This document shows positions 35,692 to 45,298 of a stretch of 64,000 nt of DNA, piece by piece; within the stretch, counting starts at the first letter, position 1; every line of letters starts with the position of its first letter. A model generated the notes under the pieces. It was not told the origin of the DNA. It was given only the letters and a program-made list of their open reading frames with translations, and ran no database searches. The position numbers and the translations under genes were made by a program. The DNA is from Bacteroidales bacterium (GTDB taxonomy: Bacteria; Bacteroidota; Bacteroidia; Bacteroidales; F082), in assembly GCA_045634185.1 (NCBI GenBank), contig JAZQZR010000015.1, positions 5,940 to 69,939 of the forward strand. The letters run 5' to 3'.

Positions 35692-37050
35692 ATGGCTCAG
35701 AAACCTTCAATACCGAAAGGAACACGTGACTTCTTGCCTGAAGTCATGGTCCGTCGTAATTATATCTTCGATACTATAAAAGGCGTTTTTAAACGTTTTG
35801 GTTTTCAACCTATTGAGACTCCATCTATGGAGAATCTCTCTACACTCCTCGGCAAATATGGAGAGGAAGGCGACAAACTTTTGTTCCGTATCCTCAACTC
35901 AGGCGATTTTATGTCGGGCGTGGAACAGAATGGCGAAGCACTGCAGTCAGAGAAAATCGCGGGCAAGATTTGCGAGAAAGGGCTCCGTTATGACCTCACC
36001 GTGCCATTCGCACGTTTCGTGGTGCAATATCGCGACCAGATAGCATTCCCATTCCGTCGCTATCAGATTCAACCAGTATGGCGTGCCGACCGTCCTCAGA
36101 AAGGTCGCTACCGTGAGTTCTATCAATGCGATGTCGACATTGTCGGAAGCAACTCAATACTCAACGAAGCTGAACTCGTTCAGATAGTCGATGAGGTTTT
36201 CAACGCATTGAAAATTAACGTAGTCTTAAAGATAAACAATAGAAAAGTCCTTGCTGGTATAGCAGAATATATCGGCAAGCCAGACGCTCTCGTCGACATC
36301 ACTGTCGCTATCGACAAACTTGATAAGATAGGCATCGACGCTGTCAATGCAGAACTCGCACAAAAAGGTCTTGACGCAGCAGCGATAGAAAAGTTACAGC
36401 CAATACTCTTCATGAAAGGCGACGCACGCGAGAAATTCGCACAGCTCAAGTCATTGATGAGCGGCATCGAAGTAGGAGAGAAAGGTATTGAAGAACTTGA
36501 GACATTGTTCGACTACATCGACGACATGAACGTCGGCATCGAATATGAACTCGACCTCACACTTGCTCGCGGATTGAATTATTACACAGGAGCTATCTTT
36601 GAAGTTAAGGCTAAAGACGTGGCTATGGGCAGCATCTCAGGCGGCGGTCGTTATGACAACCTCACCGGCATCTTCGGCTTGCAAGGCGTCTCTGGCGTCG
36701 GCATCAGCTTCGGCGCTGACCGTATCTACGACGTTCTCACAGAGTTGAACCTCTTCCCAGAAAAGAACGGCGACATAACAGAAGTCATTTTCCTCAACTT
36801 CGGTCCAAAAGAAGAGCGTTATTGCTTGCCATATCTCCAACAGCTGAGAAGAAACGGCATCAACGCAGAAATATATCCTGACTCAGCAAAACTTCAAAAA
36901 CAAATGAAATACGCCGACCAACGCGGAATACCGGTTGTAGTCATGGCAGGTGAAGACGAAATGAATAACAAGACATTCACCGTCAAATTCATGAAAGAAG
37001 GACGTCAGGAAAAAATATCAGCAGAAAATTTAATTGAAATAATCAAATAA
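35692..37050 (+). CDS. hisS: histidine--tRNA ligase
   Basis: 452 aa with class II motifs ([18 protein letters not shown]). Confidence 0.95.
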   Translation: MAQKPSIPKGTRDFLPEVMVRRNYIFDTIKGVFKRFGFQPIETPSMENLSTLLGKYGEEGDKLLFRILNSGDFMSGVEQNGEALQSEKIAGKICEKGLRYDLTVPFARFVVQYRDQIAFPFRRYQIQPVWRADRPQKGRYREFYQCDVDIVGSNSILNEAELVQIVDEVFNALKINVVLKINNRKVLAGIAEYIGKPDALVDITVAIDKLDKIGIDAVNAELAQKGLDAAAIEKLQPILFMKGDAREKFAQLKSLMSGIEVGEKGIEELETLFDYIDDMNVGIEYELDLTLARGLNYYTGAIFEVKAKDVAMGSISGGGRYDNLTGIFGLQGVSGVGISFGADRIYDVLTELNLFPEKNGDITEVIFLNFGPKEERYCLPYLQQLRRNGINAEIYPDSAKLQKQMKYADQRGIPVVVMAGEDEMNNKTFTVKFMKEGRQEKISAENLIEIIK

Positions 37051-37061
37051 TAATATCACAA

Positions 37062-38555
37062 ATGAATACACATTATATTTCAGCAGAAACATTAACATTT
37101 GAAAGAGTTAATGAGATTATCACAAAAGGTTACAAACTCGCTTTGTCAGAAGACGCTAAGGCTCGCATTCAAAAATGCCGCGACTACTTAGACAAGAAGA
37201 TGGAGACACAGACAACTCCAATCTATGGTATCACAACAGGTTTCGGTTCATTATGCAACCATAACATCTCTAAAGAAGACCTCAGCACTCTTCAAAAGAA
37301 CCTCGTGATGTCACACGCTTGCGGTACAGGTGAATTCGTTCCAAAAGAAATCATCCGTATCATGATTTTATTGAAAGTTCAAAGCTTGTCATATGGTAAC
37401 TCTGGCGTTCAAGTTGTTACAGTACAACGTCTCATCGACTTCTTCAACAACGATGTTCTTCCAGTAGTTTACAACCAAGGCTCACTCGGCGCATCAGGCG
37501 ACTTGGCACCATTGGCAAACTTGATGTTACCTTTACTCGGTTTAGGTGAAGTACATTATAAAGGAGAAATCGTTCCTGCTGAAGTAGTCATGAAAGAATT
37601 TGGTTGGGAACCTATCACACTCCAATCAAAAGAAGGTTTAGCACTTCTCAACGGTACACAGTTCATGAGTTCATACGGTACTTACGTATTGCTCAAGGCA
37701 TTCCGTCTCTCATATCTCGCCGACCTCATCGGTGCTGTTTCATTAGACGCTTTCGACGGCCGTATCGAGCCATTCTTCGATCAAGTACACCAAATCCGTC
37801 ATCACGAAGGACAAATCAAGACAGCTGAGAGATTCCGTAACTTATTAAAAGGCAGTGAATTGATTGCACGTGAAAAGAAACACGTACAAGATCCTTATTC
37901 ATTCCGCTGCATCCCACAAGTACACGGTGCATCAAAAGACGCTATCAAATATGTAGCTTCTGTCTTTATGAATGAAATCAATGCTGTTACCGACAACCCA
38001 ACAATTTTCCCAGATGAAGATTTAGTTATCTCAGCAGGTAACTTCCACGGTCAGCCACTCGCTATCACATTAGATTTCTTAGCAATAGCAATGGCAGAAC
38101 TCGGCAACATCAGTGAAAGAAGAGTTTACCAACTCATCGGTGGCAAACGTGAGCTCCCTTCATTCTTGGTAGCAGAACCAGGTCTCAACTCAGGTTTCAT
38201 GATTCCTCAATATGCAGCAGCTTCAATCGTAAGCCAAAGCAAACAATTATGCTCACCAGCATCAGTCGACAGCATCGAATCATCACAAGGTCAAGAAGAC
38301 CACGTAAGTATGGGTGCTAATGCAGCAACAAAAGTATTACGCGTAGCTGACAACTTGGAAAGAGTACTCGCTATCGAGTTGTTCAACGCAGCACAAGCAT
38401 TAGACTTCAGAAGACCACTCAAGTCATCAGAAGCAATCGAAGCATTCGTAGCAGAATATCGCAAACACGTTGAATTTGTCAAGACTGACAAAGTTATGTA
38501 CACAGAAATCGCTAAGTCGGTGAACTTCTTACAACAATACGAAGTTAATATTTAA
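37062..38555 (+). CDS. hutH: histidine ammonia-lyase
   Basis: 497 aa with the GSLGASGDLAPL MIO-forming motif. Confidence 0.9.
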   Translation: MNTHYISAETLTFERVNEIITKGYKLALSEDAKARIQKCRDYLDKKMETQTTPIYGITTGFGSLCNHNISKEDLSTLQKNLVMSHACGTGEFVPKEIIRIMILLKVQSLSYGNSGVQVVTVQRLIDFFNNDVLPVVYNQGSLGASGDLAPLANLMLPLLGLGEVHYKGEIVPAEVVMKEFGWEPITLQSKEGLALLNGTQFMSSYGTYVLLKAFRLSYLADLIGAVSLDAFDGRIEPFFDQVHQIRHHEGQIKTAERFRNLLKGSELIAREKKHVQDPYSFRCIPQVHGASKDAIKYVASVFMNEINAVTDNPTIFPDEDLVISAGNFHGQPLAITLDFLAIAMAELGNISERRVYQLIGGKRELPSFLVAEPGLNSGFMIPQYAAASIVSQSKQLCSPASVDSIESSQGQEDHVSMGANAATKVLRVADNLERVLAIELFNAAQALDFRRPLKSSEAIEAFVAEYRKHVEFVKTDKVMYTEIAKSVNFLQQYEVNI

Positions 38556-38655
38556 TAGTGTAAAGTTGAGAGAGTAGAGTTTAGAGTAGTTAGATGTGTA
38601 TACTATCAACTGCTTTAAACTCTACACTTTACACTCTACACTTTAAACTAATAAT
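38556..38655. repeat. stutter palindrome, TAGAGT/ACTCTA word family
   Basis: The left arm is GTGTAAAGTTGAGAGAGTAGAGTTTAGAGTAG and the right arm is CTTTAAACTCTACACTTTACACTCTACACTTTAAAC. Confidence 0.85.
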
Positions 38656-38658
38656 AAT

Positions 38659-39162
38659 ATGGAATATCAAGAAGATTACAATTTAGGACAGGAAGAGCCA
38701 GACAGAAGACCGGAAATGTTAACGGTTTTATGTATTCTATCTTTTATCAATGCTGTTTATAATGGCATTGCCAATTTCATTTCTTTTGCATTTTATGATA
38801 CTTTTCAAAATATTTTTGAACAGATGAGAAATGGAGAAGGTATGTTTGCGGATATGGCAGAACAGATGGGCGATAGTTGGACTACAATGGCTGAAACATC
38901 AGCATTGGCTTTTTCTGTAGGCAGAGGCTATTATTTCATTGAGATGATTCTTTTCATCGCCTCATTTGTAGGAGTATTGATGATGTGGCGTCTGCAAAAG
39001 AGAGGCTTCCATGTCTATACTATTTCACAGATATTGATGCTTATCGCGACATCAATATGTGTAGTAAGCAAAATTGGCGGAGGATTCCCATTCGGCCCTG
39101 TTTTGTGGACAGCCTTGTTTGTGATGATGTATTTCTCTCATTATAAAAGAGTCATGAAATGA
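38659..39162 (+). CDS. hypothetical membrane protein
   Basis: 167 aa with 4 predicted TM helices. I recognise no family. Confidence 0.5.
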   Translation: MEYQEDYNLGQEEPDRRPEMLTVLCILSFINAVYNGIANFISFAFYDTFQNIFEQMRNGEGMFADMAEQMGDSWTTMAETSALAFSVGRGYYFIEMILFIASFVGVLMMWRLQKRGFHVYTISQILMLIATSICVVSKIGGGFPFGPVLWTALFVMMYFSHYKRVMK

Positions 39163-39620
39163 TAAATATGAAGCAAGAATTACCAGATATATTCATTAGA
39201 GGAAGAAAACTGACATTAGGAGTAAAACTTGTCGGTACTTTCGCTATTACCTTTTATTCGTTGTATTTCTTGCTTCTTACTATCTTTGGTTTCTTCTACA
39301 GAAGCGTCTATGACCCAGCATATTCCGAAGAGACATTGTTCAAGACCATGTTGATGTCCGCTATCCTTTGGTTTATTGTCGGAATGATAGTGGTGAGTCT
39401 TATACTTCTTTTCAGAAGAAAACGATACGGAAAATATCTGTTTATGATATTTACCATAATACTTATCGTATATCAGTTTGTTACATCTGCTAACCATGTA
39501 TGGCTGATATATTTCCTTGAAGTGATGATGCTGGTTATAATGGCTCCTTTAAAAGTTTTTGTCACTATTAACAAGAAGATAATGGAAGAGGTGACAGACG
39601 TATCTAAAGTTGAAGAATAA
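39159..39620 (+). CDS. hypothetical membrane protein
   Basis: 153 aa with 4 predicted TM helices. It overlaps the upstream gene (ATGA). Confidence 0.5.
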   Translation: MINMKQELPDIFIRGRKLTLGVKLVGTFAITFYSLYFLLLTIFGFFYRSVYDPAYSEETLFKTMLMSAILWFIVGMIVVSLILLFRRKRYGKYLFMIFTIILIVYQFVTSANHVWLIYFLEVMMLVIMAPLKVFVTINKKIMEEVTDVSKVEE

Positions 39621-39639
39621 AAATTAAAAACAAATAAAG

Positions 39640-40377
39640 ATGATTAATATTACAATTGCCGGTGATTTAGGAAGTGGCAAGAGCACTGTTGCCAATCATT
39701 TGATAAACAATATTAACTATAGAATAGAATCAGCAGGATTGATTTTCAGAAGATTGGCTGAGCAACATGGAATGTCGGCTAAGGAATTTAATCAGTTTAT
39801 CGAATCGAATCCTAAATACGACAATATGGTTGATGATACCATCAAAGAGATGGGTGAGAAGGAAGAGAACATCATCTTCGACTCACGTCTTGCATGGTAT
39901 TTCGTGCCAAAGTCATTCAAGATTTATATGTATGTCGATGTTGATACAGCAACAGAACGTATCTTCAACGACACAGGCCGCGTCAGTGAATCATATTCCG
40001 ACATGGCTACAGCCAAGAAGGAAATTATCGAGAGAAGAGAAAGCGAAGTGTTGAGATACAAGACTTTCTATAATATCGATATCAATAATTACAGCAATTA
40101 CGATTTCATCATCGACACAAGTCACGCTACCAAAGACGAAGTCAATGAAGCTGTTTTAAGCAATTTCAAAGCCTTTGAACAAGGTAAGGAATACGACAGA
40201 ATATTGCTTTCACCAAAGAACCTCATCATTGAGAATGATGCAGAAAATGCAGATTCAGATGACATTGAAATAGAAAAGAGAGAAGGCAAGTTTTATGTAC
40301 TGAAAGGCTTCGCTAAAGTAAAAGCTGCATTGCAAGAAGGAAAGAACTTGGTTGCAGTGAAGAAGATGGTGGAATAA
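39640..40377 (+). CDS. cytidylate-kinase-like P-loop protein with a ~55-aa C-terminal extension
   Basis: 245 aa with Walker A GDLGSGKST at the N-terminus and an (d)CMP-kinase-like layout. Confidence 0.65.
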   Translation: MINITIAGDLGSGKSTVANHLINNINYRIESAGLIFRRLAEQHGMSAKEFNQFIESNPKYDNMVDDTIKEMGEKEENIIFDSRLAWYFVPKSFKIYMYVDVDTATERIFNDTGRVSESYSDMATAKKEIIERRESEVLRYKTFYNIDINNYSNYDFIIDTSHATKDEVNEAVLSNFKAFEQGKEYDRILLSPKNLIIENDAENADSDDIEIEKREGKFYVLKGFAKVKAALQEGKNLVAVKKMVE

Positions 40378-40514
40378 GAAGACTACAAGACTACAAGTTA
40401 AAGCCTTAAAGTTTCAAAATCTCAGGATGTGATTCTAAATACATGTCTCGTAATGGTATGCTTAAAATAAAGCAGACATCTATTAGACTGAGGTTGTATT
40501 TTCTATCACATCCT

Positions 40515-40667
40515 TTATTGTCTTTGACATTGTATTCTGGTGAGTTGTAAATGAAATTCTTGATGCCATCGAATTTTTCGTTGTGCTTTGTAAAGTATGA
40601 ACCATACTCCACCGAGAATTGTCGCGATGCTGCCGACAATGATTCCGATTAATTCGATAATATTCAT
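40515..40667 (-). CDS. possible small membrane ORF (50 aa), which may be the 5' part of a frameshifted gene
   Basis: Manual translation gives MNIIELIGIIVGSIATILGGVWFILYKAQRK... The ORF at 40406-40639 in another frame continues past an A5 run. Confidence 0.3.
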   Translation of the reverse strand: MNIIELIGIIVGSIATILGGVWFILYKAQRKIRWHQEFHLQLTRIQCQRQ

Positions 40668-40740
40668 GTTGTATACCATTTATTTTGGTATTTGATATTG
40701 CAGAGATATAAATATTTTTTTTTGTTTTTATCAAAAATAT

Positions 40741-40748
40741 TATCTTTG
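40741..40748 (+). promoter_or_regulatory. -7 box TATCTTTG
   Basis: Perfect TAnnTTTG 20 nt upstream of the ATG at 40768. Confidence 0.65.
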
Positions 40749-40767
40749 AAATCCAAATTTAGCATAT

Positions 40768-41445
40768 ATGAAAAAGGTGTTTTTGTTATTTATGATGTTG
40801 TCGGTGGCGATTCTGCATTCGTGTAAGGAAGATGTAATAATGGTTAAGAACGGTGAGTTGGTGCAGTTGAATCATGGTGGCACTCATCAGATAGATGCGG
40901 AATCTGTTTCAATGATTCGTTATGAATCATCTGACGAATACCATGCACAGGTAACTCAATATGGTTTGGTGCAAGCCAACTATGTAGGAACTGCTAATAT
41001 TTTGTTGAATAATGATATCGAGGAAAAGATAGTAAGAGTTGAAGTTAAAGCAACAAGTAATTTATATGAAGAACCAGACATTGCATTTGGCGACACCAAG
41101 GCATCTGTCATAAATAAATTAGGAATACCATCAGAGGATAATGATAATACTTTCCTTTATCATGATTATTCTTCTACTGTCTCACATCTTATGATTTTGT
41201 TTGAAGATGACAGAGTGTTGTCGTATGCCGTTATGTTTGACCATAGTTATGCCTCTGAGCTGATGACATTTATAGGAGAACGCTACCGTTCATTGGGTGT
41301 CATTGATAAATATTTCTGTTATATCAACTCTTTGCGACTGGCTGATGCTACGATGATGGTAGGACTTGGGACATATAGTTACAATCAAGAAGTTTATGAT
41401 GTGGCGGTTTATATGTCTGGAGAGGAAGTCGGAAAATTAGAATAA
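40768..41445 (+). CDS. lipoprotein with an Ig-like (Big_2-like) N-terminal domain
   Basis: 225 aa with a lipobox (LHSC). Confidence 0.6.
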   Translation: MKKVFLLFMMLSVAILHSCKEDVIMVKNGELVQLNHGGTHQIDAESVSMIRYESSDEYHAQVTQYGLVQANYVGTANILLNNDIEEKIVRVEVKATSNLYEEPDIAFGDTKASVINKLGIPSEDNDNTFLYHDYSSTVSHLMILFEDDRVLSYAVMFDHSYASELMTFIGERYRSLGVIDKYFCYINSLRLADATMMVGLGTYSYNQEVYDVAVYMSGEEVGKLE

Positions 41446-41450
41446 AAAGA

Positions 41451-41477
41451 AAAATCTCAGAATTCTGAGATTTTTTT
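41451..41477. terminator. bidirectional terminator built from the CTCAGAAT word
   Basis: Perfect palindrome AAAATCTCAGAATTCTGAGATTTT between convergent genes. Confidence 0.8.
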
Positions 41478-41499
41478 ATTTGAGATACTTAGTTTCTAT

Positions 41500-42756
41500 T
41501 TAAAATTCAATAGTTTTTACAAACTCTTCAAATGCCGCTTTATTAGCTTCGCTGATTGGTTCGGCTGATGGCGATTCAAATGTCAGCGGGTTGATATATG
41601 TTCCGTTTTTGCAAAGTCTGAAGTCGAGGTGAGGACCTGTTGACATGCCGGTGCTTCCAACGTAGCCTATCAAATCGCCTTGTTTTACCTTGCTGCCTTT
41701 TTGTATTCCTTTGGCGAAGCCGTTAAGGTGCATGTAAGTCGTTGTGTATGTGCTGTTATGTTTAATTTTAAGGTAGTTGCCGCCGCCTTTTTTGTCCCAT
41801 CCTTTTTCTATGACAGTGCCGTCGCCGATGGTGACGACAGGAGTTCCTGTAGCAGCTGCGTAATCCACTCCATGATGCGGGCGGACAACCTTGGTGACAG
41901 GATGTCTTCTTGCGTTGGTGAATGTGGAGCTGATACGGCGGTAGTTAAGAGGCGCTTTCAAGAATGCCTTGCGCAGGTTGGCGCCGTCTTCATCGAAGTA
42001 TTCTCCTTTGCCGTTTTGTTCGAAATAATAGGCGTAATGTTCTGAACCAGCATTGTTGAGATAAGCAGCTATGATTTTGCTTATGCCTATCGACTCGCCG
42101 TCAACATATTGGTTTTCATAATAAACCTTGAAGGCATCGCCTTGTTGTATGCCGAAGAAATCTACTGTCCATGCGTAGATGTCTGATAGTTTCAATGTGA
42201 GGTAAGGGTCGCCGCCGTCAGCAGCTATGGCGTCCCATAATGATGTGGTTATCACGCCTTCTGTCATTTCCATCTTGGTTGTAACTTCTTTATGTCCAAC
42301 CCATGCAGGCAATGAATCTGTGAGGCCGAAAACTGCGTAATCTACTTTGTTGATTTCATAAATCCAATATAATGGTGTAGCAACGCTGTCGCGTTTTATT
42401 AAAAAGGTGTGTCGTTGTCCTGGTTTTATCTTTCTTATGTCGAAGGTCTTTCTGTGGTTTTTCTCGATATGAGTTATCACATTGTAGCTGATGTTTTTCT
42501 TCAGCATGATGTTAGAAAGGAATTGGTTCTTTTTTATTGTATCTATCTCGACATCCAGTGAGTCGATGCAGATGCCGTAAAGATATTCAGGTTCTTTGAA
42601 TTTCTTGGTTTCTTTTTTCTCTATATCTTCGTTGCCGCGAGGTATAACTAAAGCAATAATGATGAAAAGGAATAATCCGCCCAGAACACTTAGGTAGGTG
42701 CTAGTGTTATTTTTGAAATTATTCTTTAAGAAATCAATTATACCGCGGAAGTTCAT
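41500..42756 (-). CDS. M23-family metallopeptidase
   Basis: 418 aa with an N-terminal TM helix and the HHGVDYAA...GSTGMSTGPHLDF LytM-type motifs. Confidence 0.9.
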   Translation of the reverse strand: MNFRGIIDFLKNNFKNNTSTYLSVLGGLFLFIIIALVIPRGNEDIEKKETKKFKEPEYLYGICIDSLDVEIDTIKKNQFLSNIMLKKNISYNVITHIEKNHRKTFDIRKIKPGQRHTFLIKRDSVATPLYWIYEINKVDYAVFGLTDSLPAWVGHKEVTTKMEMTEGVITTSLWDAIAADGGDPYLTLKLSDIYAWTVDFFGIQQGDAFKVYYENQYVDGESIGISKIIAAYLNNAGSEHYAYYFEQNGKGEYFDEDGANLRKAFLKAPLNYRRISSTFTNARRHPVTKVVRPHHGVDYAAATGTPVVTIGDGTVIEKGWDKKGGGNYLKIKHNSTYTTTYMHLNGFAKGIQKGSKVKQGDLIGYVGSTGMSTGPHLDFRLCKNGTYINPLTFESPSAEPISEANKAAFEEFVKTIEF

Positions 42757-42805
42757 GATGATATTTTTTAAGGTTTAAGGAAGATGACAGATTCCTATAT
42801 TAATT

Positions 42806-42841
42806 AAAAAGAACAAGAGAGAGAAATAATCCCTCTCTTGT
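42806..42841 (-). terminator. intrinsic terminator after iorAB
   Basis: Stem ACAAGAGAG/CTCTCTTGT with a T-run on the minus strand. Confidence 0.6.
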
Positions 42842-42858
42842 CTCAATATTTTTTCACA

Positions 42859-43434
42859 TTATTTATTTAATGCTTGTTTGTAGCCAGCTTCAACAGCTTT
42901 GAGGTTGAGGTTAACAACTTCTTCACCTTTTCTGCCGAATTGTTCGCGGATACTGTTTTCTATTGTTTCCATTTCGAAGCCGAGGAAAGGAACAGCAGCG
43001 CCGAAGATAACCATGTTAGCAGCGCGGACGTTACCGCATTCTTTAGCGATGTTGTCGGCGTCGATGATGATAGCGTTGTGTTTTTTCAATTCTGCGTAAA
43101 CCTCTTCAACTTCAGGATAGTTGTTGATGTTGATGAAAGGTTCGCTAGCTGTAATGATGACGCCGTCTTTAGCGAGCATTGGCAAGTAGCGGAGAGCTTC
43201 CATTGGTTCTACAGAGATGATGAGGTCGGCTTTGCCTTCTGGAATCAAGTCTGATGCTATTTCATTGTCTGAAAGACGGAGGTGTGACTGAACGTCGCCG
43301 CCTCTTTGGCTCATGCCGTGTACTTCAGCTTGTTTGAGATACATGTTTTTCTCAACAGCAGCGATGCCTATACAAGAAGCGATACTAAGGATACCTTGAC
43401 CGCCAACACCGGCTAATATAATATCTTTTTTCAT
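42859..43434 (-). CDS. iorB: indolepyruvate:ferredoxin oxidoreductase subunit beta
   Basis: 191 aa. N-terminal GVGGQGILS. Adjacent to iorA. Confidence 0.85.
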   Translation of the reverse strand: MKKDIILAGVGGQGILSIASCIGIAAVEKNMYLKQAEVHGMSQRGGDVQSHLRLSDNEIASDLIPEGKADLIISVEPMEALRYLPMLAKDGVIITASEPFININNYPEVEEVYAELKKHNAIIIDADNIAKECGNVRAANMVIFGAAVPFLGFEMETIENSIREQFGRKGEEVVNLNLKAVEAGYKQALNK

Positions 43435-43457
43435 GATAGTCTTTTATTTAATGTTAA

Positions 43458-45062
43458 TTAATTTGCTGCTTTTTTTGCACGCATCTTTCTACTTAATGTT
43501 TGGATACATTCACGACGTGGGATGATGACAGATACGCCTTCGTAAGCCAACTCTTCTTTAATTACCTGAACATTGATTTCGTGTTGGTTTGGAAGAGGTT
43601 TGATAACTCTTACGTGGTCAGGGTCAACGCCTAAGCCTTTACAGATGCTTTCGAGGCGACCTTCTGCTGAAGATTTCTGACCGCCTGTCATACCTGTTGT
43701 TGAGTTGTCGAGAATCATGACGACGATGTTGTTGTTGTTGTTAACAGCGTCGAGCAATCCTGTCATACCTGAGTGAGTGAATGTTGAGTCGCCGATACAA
43801 GCTACTGCTGGGTAGAGGCCTGCTTCAGAAGCGCCGATAGCCATAGTGATACTTGCGCCCATGTCGACTGTACTGTTGATAGAATTGAGAGGAGGAGTAG
43901 CGCTGAGTGTGTAGCAGCCGATGTCGCCGAATACTCTGCCCTTTTCATATTCTGACATAGCTTCGTTGAGAGCTCTGAAAGAATCCCAGTGAGGACATCC
44001 GTCGCACAATTTTGGAGGACGAGCCTGTACTAATTCTGGAATAGGAGCGCCTACTTCGAATGGTCTGCCAACAGCTTTAGCAGCGATGTTAGGATTGAGT
44101 TCTCCGTCGCGTGGCAATGTTCCGTCTAAACGGCCGTGGATTGGCTTGCCTGTTGCCAAGAGACCTTTTAATAATTCTTCAACGATTGGATAGCCTTCTT
44201 CCATGACTAAGATTTCGTCGCATTCGTCATAGATTTTTTGAATCATGGCGATTGGAAGTGGATATTGGCTTATCTTGAGAACTGGGTAAGGAATAGTTTC
44301 ATTGTTGTAGTTTTCTTTCAAATAGTTGTAAGCCAAACCGCAAGCGATGATACCTAATTTCTTGTCTGTTCCTTCGAAATATTTATTGAAACCGCTCTCG
44401 TTGCTGTCTTGTTCCATAACAGCTTGTTTTTCGAGCAATTGTTTGTATTGTCTTCTAGCGATAGCTGGAAGCAAAACGAATTGACGTAAGTTTGATGGGA
44501 GAGCTACTTCATTTTGTGCGCGTTTTTCTGTACATACAACGCCAGCGCGTGAGTGAGCCAAACGAGTAGTTACGCGTAACATAACAGGAGTTCCGATCTT
44601 TTCTGAGAGGTCGAAAGCGTAACGTGCCATGTCGTAAGCTTCTTGTTGGTTTGATGGCTCGAGCAATGGGATGAGAGCAAACTTAGCGTAAGTACGTGAG
44701 TCTTGCTCGTTTTGTGAAGAGTGCATTGATGGGTCGTCGGCTGCCAAAACAACCATACCGCCGTTAACGCCTGTCACTGCTGAGTTGATGAATGGGTCAG
44801 CTGCAACGTTAACACCAACGTGTTTCATACATACGAGTGAACGTTTGCCTGCATAAGACATACCGATGGCACTTTCCATAGCTGTCTTTTCGTTAGCTGA
44901 CCATAAAGCACGGATGCCTAATTCTTTAGCTTCTTTTGAGCCTTGGATGAATTCCATGATCTCTGTTGATGGTGTGCCTGGATAAGCGTAAACACCTGAA
45001 AGACCAGCGTCAATAGCGCCTTGTGCGATGGCTTCATCTCCAAGTAATAAAATCTTCTTCAT
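43458..45062 (-). CDS. iorA: indolepyruvate:ferredoxin oxidoreductase subunit alpha
   Basis: 534 aa with the TPP-binding GDSTFTHSG motif and N-terminal LLGDEAIAQGA. Confidence 0.9.
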   Translation of the reverse strand: MKKILLLGDEAIAQGAIDAGLSGVYAYPGTPSTEIMEFIQGSKEAKELGIRALWSANEKTAMESAIGMSYAGKRSLVCMKHVGVNVAADPFINSAVTGVNGGMVVLAADDPSMHSSQNEQDSRTYAKFALIPLLEPSNQQEAYDMARYAFDLSEKIGTPVMLRVTTRLAHSRAGVVCTEKRAQNEVALPSNLRQFVLLPAIARRQYKQLLEKQAVMEQDSNESGFNKYFEGTDKKLGIIACGLAYNYLKENYNNETIPYPVLKISQYPLPIAMIQKIYDECDEILVMEEGYPIVEELLKGLLATGKPIHGRLDGTLPRDGELNPNIAAKAVGRPFEVGAPIPELVQARPPKLCDGCPHWDSFRALNEAMSEYEKGRVFGDIGCYTLSATPPLNSINSTVDMGASITMAIGASEAGLYPAVACIGDSTFTHSGMTGLLDAVNNNNNIVVMILDNSTTGMTGGQKSSAEGRLESICKGLGVDPDHVRVIKPLPNQHEINVQVIKEELAYEGVSVIIPRRECIQTLSRKMRAKKAAN

Positions 45063-45122
45063 TTGTTTATCGGATTTTGTTATTATATTTTACACTAAAT
45101 TTTCATAAAATTTCTAATTTTG

Positions 45123-45130
45123 CAAATGTA
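45123..45130 (-). promoter_or_regulatory. -7 box TACATTTG for iorAB
   Basis: The reverse complement of CAAATGTA matches TAnnTTTG. It lies about 60 nt upstream of the iorA ATG. Confidence 0.5.
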
Positions 45131-45277
45131 ACAAATTCTTTTATTCAAACGTACACCTTTAATTAAAAAAAAACTCAAAATCTCAGAATCTCATAAACTC
45201 ATATTAAGAACTTTCGGACCTTTATGTCTTTATGCCTTTTTTTGATTTTTTTGAATTCTGTTATTTTAAAAAAGTCT

Positions 45278-45285
45278 TATATTTG
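45278..45285 (+). promoter_or_regulatory. -7 box TATATTTG
   Basis: Perfect TAnnTTTG 14 nt upstream of the ATG at 45299. This argues against the longer track start at 45224. Confidence 0.6.
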
Positions 45286-45298
45286 CAGATTCGATATA

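Noticed and set aside
37062-38555. hutH sitting alone next to hisS, without hutU/hutI/hutG
   Set aside because: This is a mildly interesting histidine-related adjacency. The rest of the pathway may simply be elsewhere in the genome, and nothing in the sequence itself is unusual.
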